Below are positions 1-10,063 of a DNA stretch of 64,000 nucleotides, one piece after another. Position numbers and translations under genes: made by a program. The stretch lies in contig CBDHDF010000010.1 in NCBI GenBank assembly GCA_965261545.1, forward strand, positions 864,001 through 928,000, written 5' to 3'. The stretch's first letter is position 1. Each line of letters begins with the position of its first letter. The DNA comes from Bdellovibrionales bacterium. Its GTDB lineage: Bacteria; Bdellovibrionota; Bdellovibrionia; Bdellovibrionales; UBA1609. The notes beneath the pieces are model-generated. The model searched no databases. It saw only the letters and a program-made list of their open reading frames with translations, and had not been told where the DNA came from.

Positions 1-2
1 CG

Positions 3-395
3 GCCCTTGAAAAAGGGCTCTGGGTTCTTTGTGATCGCTATGCGGCGAGCACCGTAGCTTTTCAAGTGGGGGGAAGGGGGCTGAGCGCATCCTCTGTGGA
101 CTGGTTGAATCGCTATGCCACAGGAGGGTGCCAACCCGATTTATGGGTGTTACTGGATTTAACAGTGGACCAAGCGGCCAAGAGACTTGATGGTCGAAAG
201 CACTCCCATAGAGATCGATTTGAGCAGGAAGAAAAAGACTTTCACGAGAGGGTGAGAAAAAAGTATTTAGAAATTTCCCAGACACAAGAAAATTGGCTTT
301 GCCTGAATGGCAAAAGGCCCCTTGAAAGGCTTCATGAGGAAATTCTTTCCAAGTTAAAGTTGGACCCAAGGCTAGGTTTGAACCCAAGACTTTAA
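3..395 (+). CDS. tmk: Thymidylate (dTMP) kinase, 5'-truncated by the window edge
   Basis: The frame is open from position 3 (ALEKGLWVLCDRYAASTVAFQ). It carries the TMPK DRY..S..A.Q motif, PDLWVLLDL, and the lid DRFEQE...FHERVRKKY. Confidence 0.92.
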   Translation, partial: ALEKGLWVLCDRYAASTVAFQVGGRGLSASSVDWLNRYATGGCQPDLWVLLDLTVDQAAKRLDGRKHSHRDRFEQEEKDFHERVRKKYLEISQTQENWLCLNGKRPLERLHEEILSKLKLDPRLGLNPRL

Positions 396-524
396 ACCCA
401 AGGCGTCGGGCAGTGCACGACCCACCCATAGAGCTTGCGCACTCCCGCTCAGAGAGGTGAACGCCTGGCAAACAGGCCACGGGGAACAAGTAAGCCAAAG
501 ATGAGCGCTTTCCTCGTGCCGTAT

Positions 525-1619
525 TCACCCCCCTCCCTGCTTTGCGACATAGAAAAAATTCATCTGCCTTGTCACTTCTTTGGGAAGCAGGGGAAGTGCA
601 GAGCGAGGGATTAAAAAGGTGGTCAACTGAAAGAAATCAGTAAATAGCTTGTGGTGTTCGGCAGATTTTTTTAAATACTCCGCTCCAGAGGATCCTCCGG
701 TTCCCACCTTGGTGCCAAGCATTCTTTTTGCCATGAGAGCATGACGATAACGCCACTGAGTGAGCAGTTCATCAATATTTAAAAGACAGGTAATCACCCG
801 AAAGGGCAAACTGAGGGCCGGATGGTCGCGGTAGAGTTGAATAAACAAGGCACCATGGATCGCCGGGTAAGAAAGTCTCCACTGCCCTTGTTCCTTCATT
901 TCAAGATATTGATGTTCGTCGAATAGGGCCGAAAATGTGGATAAGGATTGATCCACATTGTTTAAGGCTTTTTTTCTCGACTCATCATCCAAGTGCTCGT
1001 TGCGATCAATGAGGTCCCTTTCACGCTCAAACATAGCTTCCACAGCCTTTTGATAGAGACTCCAAAAGCGAAACTCCCCGGCGTTGACAAAAGGAGTTCT
1101 TCCAAGCCACTGATCCACATGATCGAGGAGAGAGGGAGAGTCTTCTGTTTCCAGCAAAAGCTTTGCTTGGTCCTTCTTAAAGTATTGATGGTAGGGAGCA
1201 TTGTTATAGGTCATGCGATACTGACTTTTAAGTCCTAACTTGTTTTCAATAAGACGAAACTGAAAACTTTGAAACCCTGAAGCTGGGTAGAGCATGTCTC
1301 TAAAATCCAAGAACTCCATGGGAGACATGGTTTCTAAAACATCAATTTGTTGGCCAATTAATTTTTGAATTTCTATAAATCTCTCCAACCGAGAGACAAT
1401 AAGGCTCATATTGTTTTCAGAGTCTTCAAGTTGACTAAAAACTAAAAGCACCGAATCAAGCTCATGGAGCATTTGCTTAAACCAAAGCTCATAAGCTTGG
1501 TGCACAACAATAAAGAGCATTTCTTCATGGGCTGGTCGCCCCTCTTCATCACTCCGTAAGGATTGGCTACTTAAGAGGCGATCCAACTTTAAATATTCAT
1601 GATATTGAATAGGTTTCAT
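525..1619 (-). CDS. kynA: Tryptophan 2,3-dioxygenase (long type)
   Basis: Motifs YHEYLKLDRLL, HEEMLFIVVHQAYELWFKQ, PASGFQSFQFR, WRYRH..M..RMLG and GTGGSSG..YL. Confidence 0.95.
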   Translation of the reverse strand: MKPIQYHEYLKLDRLLSSQSLRSDEEGRPAHEEMLFIVVHQAYELWFKQMLHELDSVLLVFSQLEDSENNMSLIVSRLERFIEIQKLIGQQIDVLETMSPMEFLDFRDMLYPASGFQSFQFRLIENKLGLKSQYRMTYNNAPYHQYFKKDQAKLLLETEDSPSLLDHVDQWLGRTPFVNAGEFRFWSLYQKAVEAMFERERDLIDRNEHLDDESRKKALNNVDQSLSTFSALFDEHQYLEMKEQGQWRLSYPAIHGALFIQLYRDHPALSLPFRVITCLLNIDELLTQWRYRHALMAKRMLGTKVGTGGSSGAEYLKKSAEHHKLFTDFFQLTTFLIPRSALPLLPKEVTRQMNFFYVAKQGGG

Positions 1620-1740
1620 AGCATGGCACAGGTTTCATAGCACGGCTCGGGTTTTGTAGTATGGTATTCATAGCACGGCTCGGTCTTAATAATAGTATGT
1701 TTATATAGTATTTTGTCTATTGCGATTGCGACAACAATTG

Positions 1741-2322
1741 CTATTGCGACAGATTTTTAGACGCAAACTCCCAGTTGACAAGATTCCAAAATGCCTCCAT
1801 GTACTTGGGTCGAGCATTTCTATAATCAATATAATAAGCATGCTCCCAAACATCACATGTCACTAAAGGCTTGTTTTCACCTGTAAGTGGAGTTCCGGCA
1901 TTGGATGTTTTCTCAATGGCGAGTTTCCCCTGGGGAGTTTGGACAAGCCAAGCCCAGCCCGACCCAAAGAGAGTTGTTGCCACTGTAGTGAATTCATTCT
2001 TAAAATTTTCAAAACTTCCAAAGGATTGAGAAATGGTTTCGGCCAAAGCTCCTGAGGGAACTCCGCCACCACGGGGTGAAAGGCTGTTCCAGTAAAAAGA
2101 ATGATTCCAAATCTGGGCGGCATTGTTAAAAATTCCCTCAGAAGATTTTTTAACAATATTTTCTAGATCCATTCCTTCAAACTCTGTTCCTGGGAGGGCA
2201 TCGTTCAGCTTGGTGACGTAGGTGCGATGGTGTTTTCCGTAGTGGTACTCAATGGTTTCGGTAGAAATATGGGGCTGAAGAGCATCGTTGGAATAGGGCA
2301 AATCAGGAAGTGTGATCGGCAT
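1741..2322 (-). CDS. sodB: Fe superoxide dismutase
   Basis: Motifs [16 protein letters not shown] (Fe-type AAQ) and [16 protein letters not shown] upstream. Confidence 0.95.
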   Translation of the reverse strand: MPITLPDLPYSNDALQPHISTETIEYHYGKHHRTYVTKLNDALPGTEFEGMDLENIVKKSSEGIFNNAAQIWNHSFYWNSLSPRGGGVPSGALAETISQSFGSFENFKNEFTTVATTLFGSGWAWLVQTPQGKLAIEKTSNAGTPLTGENKPLVTCDVWEHAYYIDYRNARPKYMEAFWNLVNWEFASKNLSQ

Positions 2323-2669
2323 TTTAAACTCCTTTCTTGAGTTTTTATTTTCTTGAATCTTTATTTTTAGACTATGTCTTAGTCTTACAACTTTGTCTTA
2401 AACTTTTTTAAAACCTTTACATTCACCTATTACTTTGACTTTTCTGACTTTTGTCAATCGGACAATGGAAAATGCTTATTTTTTTCTTCAAGTTTCCTAG
2501 GTTTTTGTCGATAGAAGTCATAGCAAGGAGTCAAAGTGCCATCGCTTCCATACCTTAGTGGATACGATGGGGTGCTGGAGTCAGATATTTAACGCAATGC
2601 ATATAAGCGCAATATAAGGCCGCTCCATGAGTTAAATGTAAAAAGGACTTCTCAACAGGAGAAAATGAA

Positions 2670-4082
2670 ATGGGTCACCACTATAAGAAAATCAGTTTGT
2701 CACTACTGATAAGCATAGCCGCTTGTACCACTTTTATAGCCTGCTCCAACAACGAGAGCGAAACTGTGACCGATGGTCCCAGTGTGGGGCAGCCCAAGCC
2801 CCCCAAGAGTCCCCCCTCTCCACCCGGGACTCCAAGTGAAGTTGTGGATAATAACGCTATGTATATAAATTTTTCTCAAAAAACCAAGGACACTTATGAT
2901 TTTTATACAAGCCGAAATGGTATTTTTGGAAGTGACTGCAATATTCAACCCTCTGCCAAAGGAACGCATATCGAGTGCCTCATTGATGTGCTCGAACTGG
3001 ACCTCAATTTCCATGGCTTTGAACTGGAAGTCAATGTTCCAAAGAATATGTGTGATTATGCCAGCTTTGACCCCTACTGGTACTATACAAGAGAAATCGG
3101 CGTCGGCCCTGAATCGATCACCTTAAATATCACAGAGAAAACCTCAGGGGAAACAAGTTCCAGAAACTACACTTCCTGTGTGGTGGATGGCGTGACTAAG
3201 GATTCTTGCACGAATTTTAAAGAAGTAACCATCAATGTTGAGGATGACTCTGTCTCCTGTATTTATGATACATCCAAAGAGGACAATGGAGCCAACTGTT
3301 GCGTCGGAAACTACACTGTCATAAAAAATATCACAAGAATCACCACAACGAAAAATGATGATGGTACAGCGAGCACCGAAACAGAGACCCTTCCTCCCAT
3401 TAAAGACAAGGGCTCTTGGGGAGTTAGTTTGGGTGAGTGTGTAGGGGGAGCCACTCGGGGTGATTGGTCCCGTACTGCTAATAAAATCGACACCTCGGTG
3501 GGGGTTTTTTATAGTGTCAATGATGAGGGGCTTCGCAAAACCTACAATATGCCTCGCAATCCATACGCCAACAGCTTCCAACTCGCCAATTTTTATGAGA
3601 GGGGGAGCACTCCCTCGGACTCTCCTCACTACCATACAGGCGTTGTGAACACAGTTTTAAAATCCAGTCGCCCCTACGCTATGGATGCCCTTGAGGATCG
3701 CAGTGGAACAAATCTAAGAAGCCGTTACAGCCCAATTCCTCGACCTCAAGATGCCTATGAGTTGACCTGTTACGATCGAGGAAAAGAGGCCATTAATAGT
3801 ATTCGTATCTTTGTGCGAGACTGGAACACAATCAAAGAGTTTGAGCTTTACGGTAGCACATTGGGGGATCAAGGGGACCCCGATCTGATTGGCCTCGAAG
3901 GTGTCAATTGTGATTATACAACGGGGCTGGGAATTTGCAACGACGACTGGGACTGGGAAGACCTTCTCACAAGGGTTCTCAACATTCCGGGCATAAACCA
4001 AAATCAAGCCTACGATTTTACAACCCCCTCAAACAGAAAGTACTTTTTCCCCAAAGATATTGTAAAGGTTCGCGATGAATAG
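2670..4082 (+). CDS. Hypothetical Cys-rich lipoprotein
   Basis: 470-aa ORF with SD AGGAG, a signal peptide ending in lipobox FIA-C, a Pro-rich linker and many Cys. Confidence 0.75.
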   Translation: MGHHYKKISLSLLISIAACTTFIACSNNESETVTDGPSVGQPKPPKSPPSPPGTPSEVVDNNAMYINFSQKTKDTYDFYTSRNGIFGSDCNIQPSAKGTHIECLIDVLELDLNFHGFELEVNVPKNMCDYASFDPYWYYTREIGVGPESITLNITEKTSGETSSRNYTSCVVDGVTKDSCTNFKEVTINVEDDSVSCIYDTSKEDNGANCCVGNYTVIKNITRITTTKNDDGTASTETETLPPIKDKGSWGVSLGECVGGATRGDWSRTANKIDTSVGVFYSVNDEGLRKTYNMPRNPYANSFQLANFYERGSTPSDSPHYHTGVVNTVLKSSRPYAMDALEDRSGTNLRSRYSPIPRPQDAYELTCYDRGKEAINSIRIFVRDWNTIKEFELYGSTLGDQGDPDLIGLEGVNCDYTTGLGICNDDWDWEDLLTRVLNIPGINQNQAYDFTTPSNRKYFFPKDIVKVRDE

Positions 4083-4320
4083 TGGGCACTAAATAAATGG
4101 TGTCAATGAATGCTCAGAACCCTCATCAATACGGGAAATATCACATATCACAGTGCAAACAAAGGGTTCCAAAGTAGACTTTCAGCACCAATGTGTTTGC
4201 GCTTCGTGGCACACATTCACTTTCGTCCCATCCCTCCTTGCTTTTCTAGAGTCAGCTATTGTATGAACCACCTAACTGTATGAAGAGCCATCTACGAAAA
4301 AGAAAAAAAGGAGAAACAGC

Positions 4321-6015
4321 ATGGATAAAATATGGCTTAAAAATTACCCAGAAGGCGTGCCCCATGAAATTGATACATCCTCCTACAAGAGTATTCTTTC
4401 CCTGTTTGAAGAAACATGTGCCGAGTATGAAAGCCTGCCAGCCTTTGAAAATATGGGCGTCTCCATCTCCTTCGGTGAACTTGACAAACTAACCCAAGAA
4501 TTTGCCTCCTACTTACAAAACCACACAAACCTCAAACCCGGCGATCGAATAGCCATCCAAATGCCCAACTTGCTTCAATTTCCCGTGGTGATGTTTGGGG
4601 CCTTGAAAGCTGGCATCATTGTGGTCAATACCAACCCCCTTTACACGGCCCGAGAAATGAAGCATCAATTCAATGATGCGGGAGTAAAGGCCATTGTCAT
4701 TCTCTCCAATTTTGCCCATGTTCTTGAGGGTATCCTCGATGACACACCCATTGAAAATGTCATCGTCACAGATGTTGGTGATATGCTCGGTTGGCCCAAG
4801 AGAATCATTGTCAATAACGTTTTGAAATATATAAAGAAAATGGTTCCAGATTACAACCTTCCCAAGGCGATCCACCTTCTGGAGTCCCTTGATCTTGGGC
4901 AGGCTAGCTCTTACACTCGACCCGAAGTTGATTCCGAGGATATTGCCTTCTTACAGTATACAGGGGGAACCACGGGGGTTTCCAAGGGCGCCATGCTCAC
5001 CCATAAAAATATTATTGCCAATGTTCTCCAAGTTCGTTCATGGATAGGATTGTGCCTTGAAAAAGGCAAGGAAACCATTGTGACAGCCCTTCCCCTGTAC
5101 CATATTTTTTCCCTTTCAGCGAACTGTCTTACACTTATGAGTTGGGGGAGTACAAACCTACTCATTACCAATCCCAAAGATATTTCTGGGTTTATCAAGA
5201 CTCTCAAAAAGAGGCCCTTTACACTCATGTCGGGGGTTAATACTTTGTACAATGCTCTCATGAATCACCCCGAATTTCACACCATCGACTTTAGCTCCCT
5301 TAAATTAAGTGTGGCTGGTGGTATGGCTCTTCAACAATCTGTAGCCAATGCTTGGAGTGAAAAAACCAAGGCTCCCATTGTGGAAGGCTTTGGATTGACC
5401 GAAACTTCTCCCGTGGTTTCTATCAACCCCATGGATGAAAGCAACCGCATTGGCACTGTGGGCCTTCCTGTTCCCTCCACCGAAATCAAGGTCATTGACG
5501 AAAACAATGAAGAACTTCCCCAGGGAGAGCGAGGGGAACTTTGTGTCAAGGGACCCCAAGTTATGAAGGGCTACTGGCAGCGCCCTGACGAAACGGACAA
5601 TATCATGTTGCCGGGGGGGTGGCTGAAAACCGGGGACATTGTCACTATTGATGAAAGTGGATTTATCAAGATCGTGGATCGCAAAAAAGATATGATTCTG
5701 GTCTCGGGCTTTAATGTCTTTCCCAATGAAATTGAAGATGTGGTGGCGCAGTATTCAAAAGTCCTTGAGGTGGCCGCAGTTGGTGTGGAGGATCAAAAAT
5801 CAGGGGAAGCCATCAAAATTTTCGTCGTCTCCAAAGATAAAAGTCTTCAGAGAGAAGAGCTTATCACCCATTGTAAAAAACACTTGGTGGCCTATAAGGT
5901 GCCTAAGCTTGTGGAATTTCGAGATGAGTTGCCAAAAACCAACGTGGGTAAGATCCTGCGGCGTGCTCTCAAAGAAAATTCAGGAAGTGAAGCCCCCGCT
6001 CACACCAAGTCTTAA
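4321..6015 (+). CDS. fadD: Long-chain fatty acid-CoA ligase
   Basis: AMP-binding motif LQYTGGTTGVSKGA, plus EGFGLTET, TGD, DRKKDMI and ELPKTNVGK. Confidence 0.93.
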   Translation: MDKIWLKNYPEGVPHEIDTSSYKSILSLFEETCAEYESLPAFENMGVSISFGELDKLTQEFASYLQNHTNLKPGDRIAIQMPNLLQFPVVMFGALKAGIIVVNTNPLYTAREMKHQFNDAGVKAIVILSNFAHVLEGILDDTPIENVIVTDVGDMLGWPKRIIVNNVLKYIKKMVPDYNLPKAIHLLESLDLGQASSYTRPEVDSEDIAFLQYTGGTTGVSKGAMLTHKNIIANVLQVRSWIGLCLEKGKETIVTALPLYHIFSLSANCLTLMSWGSTNLLITNPKDISGFIKTLKKRPFTLMSGVNTLYNALMNHPEFHTIDFSSLKLSVAGGMALQQSVANAWSEKTKAPIVEGFGLTETSPVVSINPMDESNRIGTVGLPVPSTEIKVIDENNEELPQGERGELCVKGPQVMKGYWQRPDETDNIMLPGGWLKTGDIVTIDESGFIKIVDRKKDMILVSGFNVFPNEIEDVVAQYSKVLEVAAVGVEDQKSGEAIKIFVVSKDKSLQREELITHCKKHLVAYKVPKLVEFRDELPKTNVGKILRRALKENSGSEAPAHTKS

Positions 6016-6042
6016 TCTCGCTGGGTCTACTTTCCCCACCTC

Positions 6043-6190
6043 TTTTCTTGTTTTGGATGGCCTTTCTCTGCGCCTTGGCGACTGTTTTCTTTTTCTTGAA
6101 GGCCACTTCCCTTGTCCTGAGGACTATTTTCTTATTTTGAAGGTGACTTCCTCTGTCTCGGTGGGCTATTTTTCTTGTCTTGAAGGCTGT
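6043..6190. repeat. Degenerate ~21/42-bp tandem repeat in the fadD-bamA intergenic region
   Basis: TTTTCTT...TTGAAGG recurs about every 42 nt (4 times), with a weaker 21-nt sub-period. Confidence 0.6.
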
Positions 6191-6210
6191 TTTAGTATAT
6201 CGCTATACAG

Positions 6211-8628
6211 ATGTTTACGTCCTATATCTATCATTTAATTTATTATTTATATCATTTAATTTATCGCTTAATAATGTATCCTTTCATGACATTCCTCATA
6301 CTTCTCCTGTTTTCTCTACTCCTCCTCTCTCCTCGTGCTGCTTGGGCCCTGGAGTGCAAGGACTTATCTGGAGAGAGACGGTCGCCCAAGATTTATAAAA
6401 TTTCTATCAAGGGTCAAAAGAGAATTGAAGCCGCAGCCATTGAAGCCAAACTGATCTCAAAAGCCGGAGATTCCTATTGCAAGTCCCATATTTCCGAGGA
6501 TGTAAAATCCATTTTTGCAATGGGCTTCTTCTACGATATCACTGTTGATAAGAAGAAAAATTCTAAAGGTATCCAGCTCATTTACTCTGTGGTGGAAAAG
6601 CCTCCTATCTTAAAAATCTCATACGCAGGAAATTCTGAAGTGGATGACGACGAGCTTGAAGAAGCCACGGGAATCAAAGCCTTTGAGATACTCAATCTTT
6701 CCAAAGTGCAAAAGGGGATAGAGAAAATACAAAAAATCTACGAAGACAAGGGGTATTATCTCGCTCGCATCAGTTATGAAACTAAAAAAATGCCTAGAAA
6801 AGATGGAGTGGACCTCAAGTTTAAGATTGAAGAAAACGATAGAGTCACTGTGAAAAAAATTACTTTTTTAGGAAACAAGCATATCTCTGAAGAGGAGCTA
6901 AAGACTATCATGATGACTCGGGAGGGGGGCTTCTTCAGCTTTGTTTCAGGCTCTGGTGCCTATAAGAAAGAAGATTTTGATAGAGACCTTCATGCCCTCA
7001 ATTTCCTCTATTTAAACCAAGGTTTCGCGCAAGTCAAAATTGAGTCTCCTCTTATCACAGTGACGCCCGACAAAAAGGGCATCTTTATCACTTTCCACGT
7101 TCAAGAGGGGGAGCCTTTCAATATAGGCAGCGTGAACTTCACAGGTGACCTCCTCTTTACTGACGAAGAGCTGAGCCAAAGCATCGAAACAAAGAAGGGG
7201 TTGGTCTTTGCCTACGACCGGCTTCAAAGGGACCTCTTGGCTCTCCAGGCCAAGTATGGAGACCGGGGTTATGCCTTTACCAACCCCATTCCCCGAACTC
7301 GCATTATGGAAGAAGAACACCTTATCCATGTCACCTTTGAAATTGACAAGGGCCAAAAAGTTTATATCGGGGAAATCAATGTGAAGGGAAACAGCAAGAC
7401 AAGGGATAAAGTGGTGCGCCGTGAACTCCTGATCCATGAAGGAGAACTCTACAATGAAACAAAAAAACGTGAATCACTGGCGGCTATTCGACGTCTTGGT
7501 TTCTTTGAAGAAGTAAATTTTATTCAGAGTACACCTAAAAATGAACTTAATATTGTGAATATTGATATCCAGGTCAAAGAACGTCAGACGGGCTCCATCC
7601 AAATGGCGGCAGGTTACAGTGATCTCCAAGGGCTTATTCTCAACGGCCAGGTTAGCCAAACCAATTTATTGGGGCGAGGTCAAAAGTTGTCGGCAGCTCT
7701 CAGTTGGGCAAAGCAAGAGCAAATTTTCAATGTCAATTTTACAGAACCCTACCTGTTTCGCTCCAAGTGGCTTGTGGGTTTTGACGTTTATAAGACCCGC
7801 CGTCGACGAATCACGCTTTACGATGAAAATCGCATGGGCACAGGTTTTCGCATGGGCCACCCCCTCGCCCCCTATCTCCGTGGTATTATCGGCTACAAGA
7901 TTGACGATACGAAACTGACTCTTGAGCCTGAGGGGGATCCAGACCTGTTTCCCGTGGAAACAGCCAATGGTCTTACCAGTGCTCTCACTTTCTTTTTGAT
8001 TTACGACAAAAGAAACGACCGCTTTATGCCCACGGCGGGGCTTTACGGTGATATGTCCTTGGAGTACGCCGGTCTTGGAGGAGATCGAAAGTATGTTAAG
8101 GGCACGGCTTCTCTACGCTATTATAAGAATGTCTTTTGGGACGTGGTTCTTAGAAACAATTTGAACTATGGGGTTCTTACTTCCAACAGTTCTGATCCGC
8201 CTCCTTTTGACGAACTTTTTCTTCTCGGAGGGCCTAACACCTTGCGAGGCTTTGAGTGGCTCACCATAGGGAGGAGACGATTTTCAAAAAAGGTTTTTGA
8301 GGCGCTTGTTGATGCTGGCTACTCACCTGCTGAGGCTGAGTTGAGAGCTCGCCGCCCCTTTGGAGGACGCCAGCAACTCTATTACCAAGTGGAATTACAA
8401 AAACCTCTCATTAAAGATGCCGGTATCCTCGGTGTCCTCTTTTACGATGTGGGGGCGGCTGAGAACTCCATCGACTTCAGTAAAATGAGAAGCAATGTGG
8501 GCTTTGGCTTTCGCTGGTTCTCTCCCATTGGCCCCCTCCGATTTGAATTTGGATTTCCCCTAGAACCCAAGGAGGAGTTGGGTGAGGACTCCTCTGTCTT
8601 TCATTTTTCCATTGGCTCTCCTTTCTAG
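6211..8628 (+). CDS. bamA: Outer membrane protein assembly factor BamA (true start may be ATG 6274 or 6286)
   Basis: POTRA repeats (GNSKTRDKVVRREL), barrel motifs NLLGRGQ, LGGPNTLRGF and WFSPIGPLRFEFG, and a C-terminal Phe. Confidence 0.95.
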   Translation: MFTSYIYHLIYYLYHLIYRLIMYPFMTFLILLLFSLLLLSPRAAWALECKDLSGERRSPKIYKISIKGQKRIEAAAIEAKLISKAGDSYCKSHISEDVKSIFAMGFFYDITVDKKKNSKGIQLIYSVVEKPPILKISYAGNSEVDDDELEEATGIKAFEILNLSKVQKGIEKIQKIYEDKGYYLARISYETKKMPRKDGVDLKFKIEENDRVTVKKITFLGNKHISEEELKTIMMTREGGFFSFVSGSGAYKKEDFDRDLHALNFLYLNQGFAQVKIESPLITVTPDKKGIFITFHVQEGEPFNIGSVNFTGDLLFTDEELSQSIETKKGLVFAYDRLQRDLLALQAKYGDRGYAFTNPIPRTRIMEEEHLIHVTFEIDKGQKVYIGEINVKGNSKTRDKVVRRELLIHEGELYNETKKRESLAAIRRLGFFEEVNFIQSTPKNELNIVNIDIQVKERQTGSIQMAAGYSDLQGLILNGQVSQTNLLGRGQKLSAALSWAKQEQIFNVNFTEPYLFRSKWLVGFDVYKTRRRRITLYDENRMGTGFRMGHPLAPYLRGIIGYKIDDTKLTLEPEGDPDLFPVETANGLTSALTFFLIYDKRNDRFMPTAGLYGDMSLEYAGLGGDRKYVKGTASLRYYKNVFWDVVLRNNLNYGVLTSNSSDPPPFDELFLLGGPNTLRGFEWLTIGRRRFSKKVFEALVDAGYSPAEAELRARRPFGGRQQLYYQVELQKPLIKDAGILGVLFYDVGAAENSIDFSKMRSNVGFGFRWFSPIGPLRFEFGFPLEPKEELGEDSSVFHFSIGSPF

Positions 8629-8839
8629 CCCTCCTCTAGCTTCCTTTTTGCTTTTTTTTAGTCACCACCCTCCTTGCTAGGTTTCTTTTCATATTGAAAT
8701 GATATGTGATATGTGATATGAAAGATGACATAAAAATAAAAAATATAGAATGAGCATAGTGTGAAATGAATAAAAGAAGTCAGTGTAACAGAAACATTAA
8801 AGAAGATCAGGTCAAAAAAGACCAATTAAAGGGGTCAGC

Positions 8840-9454
8840 GTGAAACAAAAATTAAGCATAAAAGAAACGAAGATTCACTTGCATTCGCAATCACAACTAC
8901 AGATTTTTGCAGCCCTTATTCCCTTTGCGACAACCCTTATTCCCATTGTGTTAGGTTTCTTTTTGTGGACTTCCGCCGCCGCTCAAGCCGCCCAAAAAAT
9001 CGGTTATGTGGATGTCGACCGGGCTCTTCTCGCAACAAAAGAGGGGCGGAGAGTTGATGAGAGCCTTAAAAAAACCACAGAGGCAAAAAGAAAGGAGTTG
9101 GTCAAAAAAGAAACAGCCATTCAAAAGATGATGAAAGCACTGGATCAACAACGGCCTGTTCTCTCCAAAGAAGCCTTTGCTAAAAAGCGCAGTACTGTCC
9201 AGAAAGAAATGAAAAATTTTCAAGAATTTGCCGAAAACAGCCAAAGGGAGCTTCACAAAAAACGTGATAATTTGCTACAACCTCTTGTTTCCAAAATGGA
9301 AGCGATGATTCAGAGGGTGGCCACAAAATCTAATTACACAATGGTCTTAAGAAAATCTCCCCAAGTCATACTTTGGGCCAATAACAAGGGAGACTTAACA
9401 GATAAGGTGATCAAAGAATTTGAAAAACAGTCAAAAAAAAGCACGAAGAGATAA
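8840..9454 (+). CDS. skp: OmpH/Skp periplasmic chaperone
   Basis: Signal peptide, then KIGYVDV, a coiled coil and DLTDKVIK; lies directly after bamA. Confidence 0.88.
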   Translation: MKQKLSIKETKIHLHSQSQLQIFAALIPFATTLIPIVLGFFLWTSAAAQAAQKIGYVDVDRALLATKEGRRVDESLKKTTEAKRKELVKKETAIQKMMKALDQQRPVLSKEAFAKKRSTVQKEMKNFQEFAENSQRELHKKRDNLLQPLVSKMEAMIQRVATKSNYTMVLRKSPQVILWANNKGDLTDKVIKEFEKQSKKSTKR

Positions 9455-9475
9455 ACAAACAATAAGAAATAAGAA

Positions 9476-10063
9476 ATGAATTTCGCTGATATCACAAGTC
9501 TAGACTACATTTTGAAAATCCTACCTCAGAGGTACCCCTTTCTCATGGTGGATCGTCTTTTGGAACTTCATACCCCTAAGCAAGACTCCCGTATGGGTCG
9601 TTGTGCCAAAGCCATTAAAAACGTGTCTTTCAATGAGCCCTTTTTTCAAGGCCATTTCCCAGGAGAGCCTATTATGCCAGGGGTTTTAGTGACGGAAGCG
9701 ATGGGGCAAACAGCTATTTTAGCAGCCCTGCGCCCCGATGAACTGCCATCCCCCATGGTGAGATTGAGTCGAATTAAAGACATTCGGTTTCGCTCTCCTG
9801 TGGTGCCAGGAATGCAACTTATGATAGATGCTGAGGTCATAAAAGAACACAGAGGCATGCTGGCTTTTCGAGTGACTGTCAAAGACGCTTCTCAAGCGAT
9901 TGTCAAAGACATCTTTCAGGTGACGGTGAAAGACAGTGGAAAGGAACCCGAGCAAAAAATCGAGCAAAGAGTTGAAAAAAATCATCAAAAGGTCGTGGCC
10001 GAAGGTGAATTCACTCTCTATATTCCAAAAGCAAAAATAGAAGGAGAGGGAAAGCCTCAGTGA
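9476..10063 (+). CDS. fabZ: 3-hydroxyacyl-ACP dehydratase FabZ (with C-terminal insert)
   Basis: LPQRYPFLMVDR and KNVSFNEPFFQGHFPGEPIMPGVLVTEAMGQ, with the His/Glu dyad intact. Confidence 0.92.
   Translation: MNFADITSLDYILKILPQRYPFLMVDRLLELHTPKQDSRMGRCAKAIKNVSFNEPFFQGHFPGEPIMPGVLVTEAMGQTAILAALRPDELPSPMVRLSRIKDIRFRSPVVPGMQLMIDAEVIKEHRGMLAFRVTVKDASQAIVKDIFQVTVKDSGKEPEQKIEQRVEKNHQKVVAEGEFTLYIPKAKIEGEGKPQ

Noticed and set aside
1620..1685. Trp-sensing leader peptide for kynA
   Set aside because: The upstream ORF has no Trp codons and no attenuator hairpin.
6043..6190. Possible CRISPR array
   Set aside because: The units are degenerate, the intervening parts resemble each other, there are no unique spacers and no cas genes.
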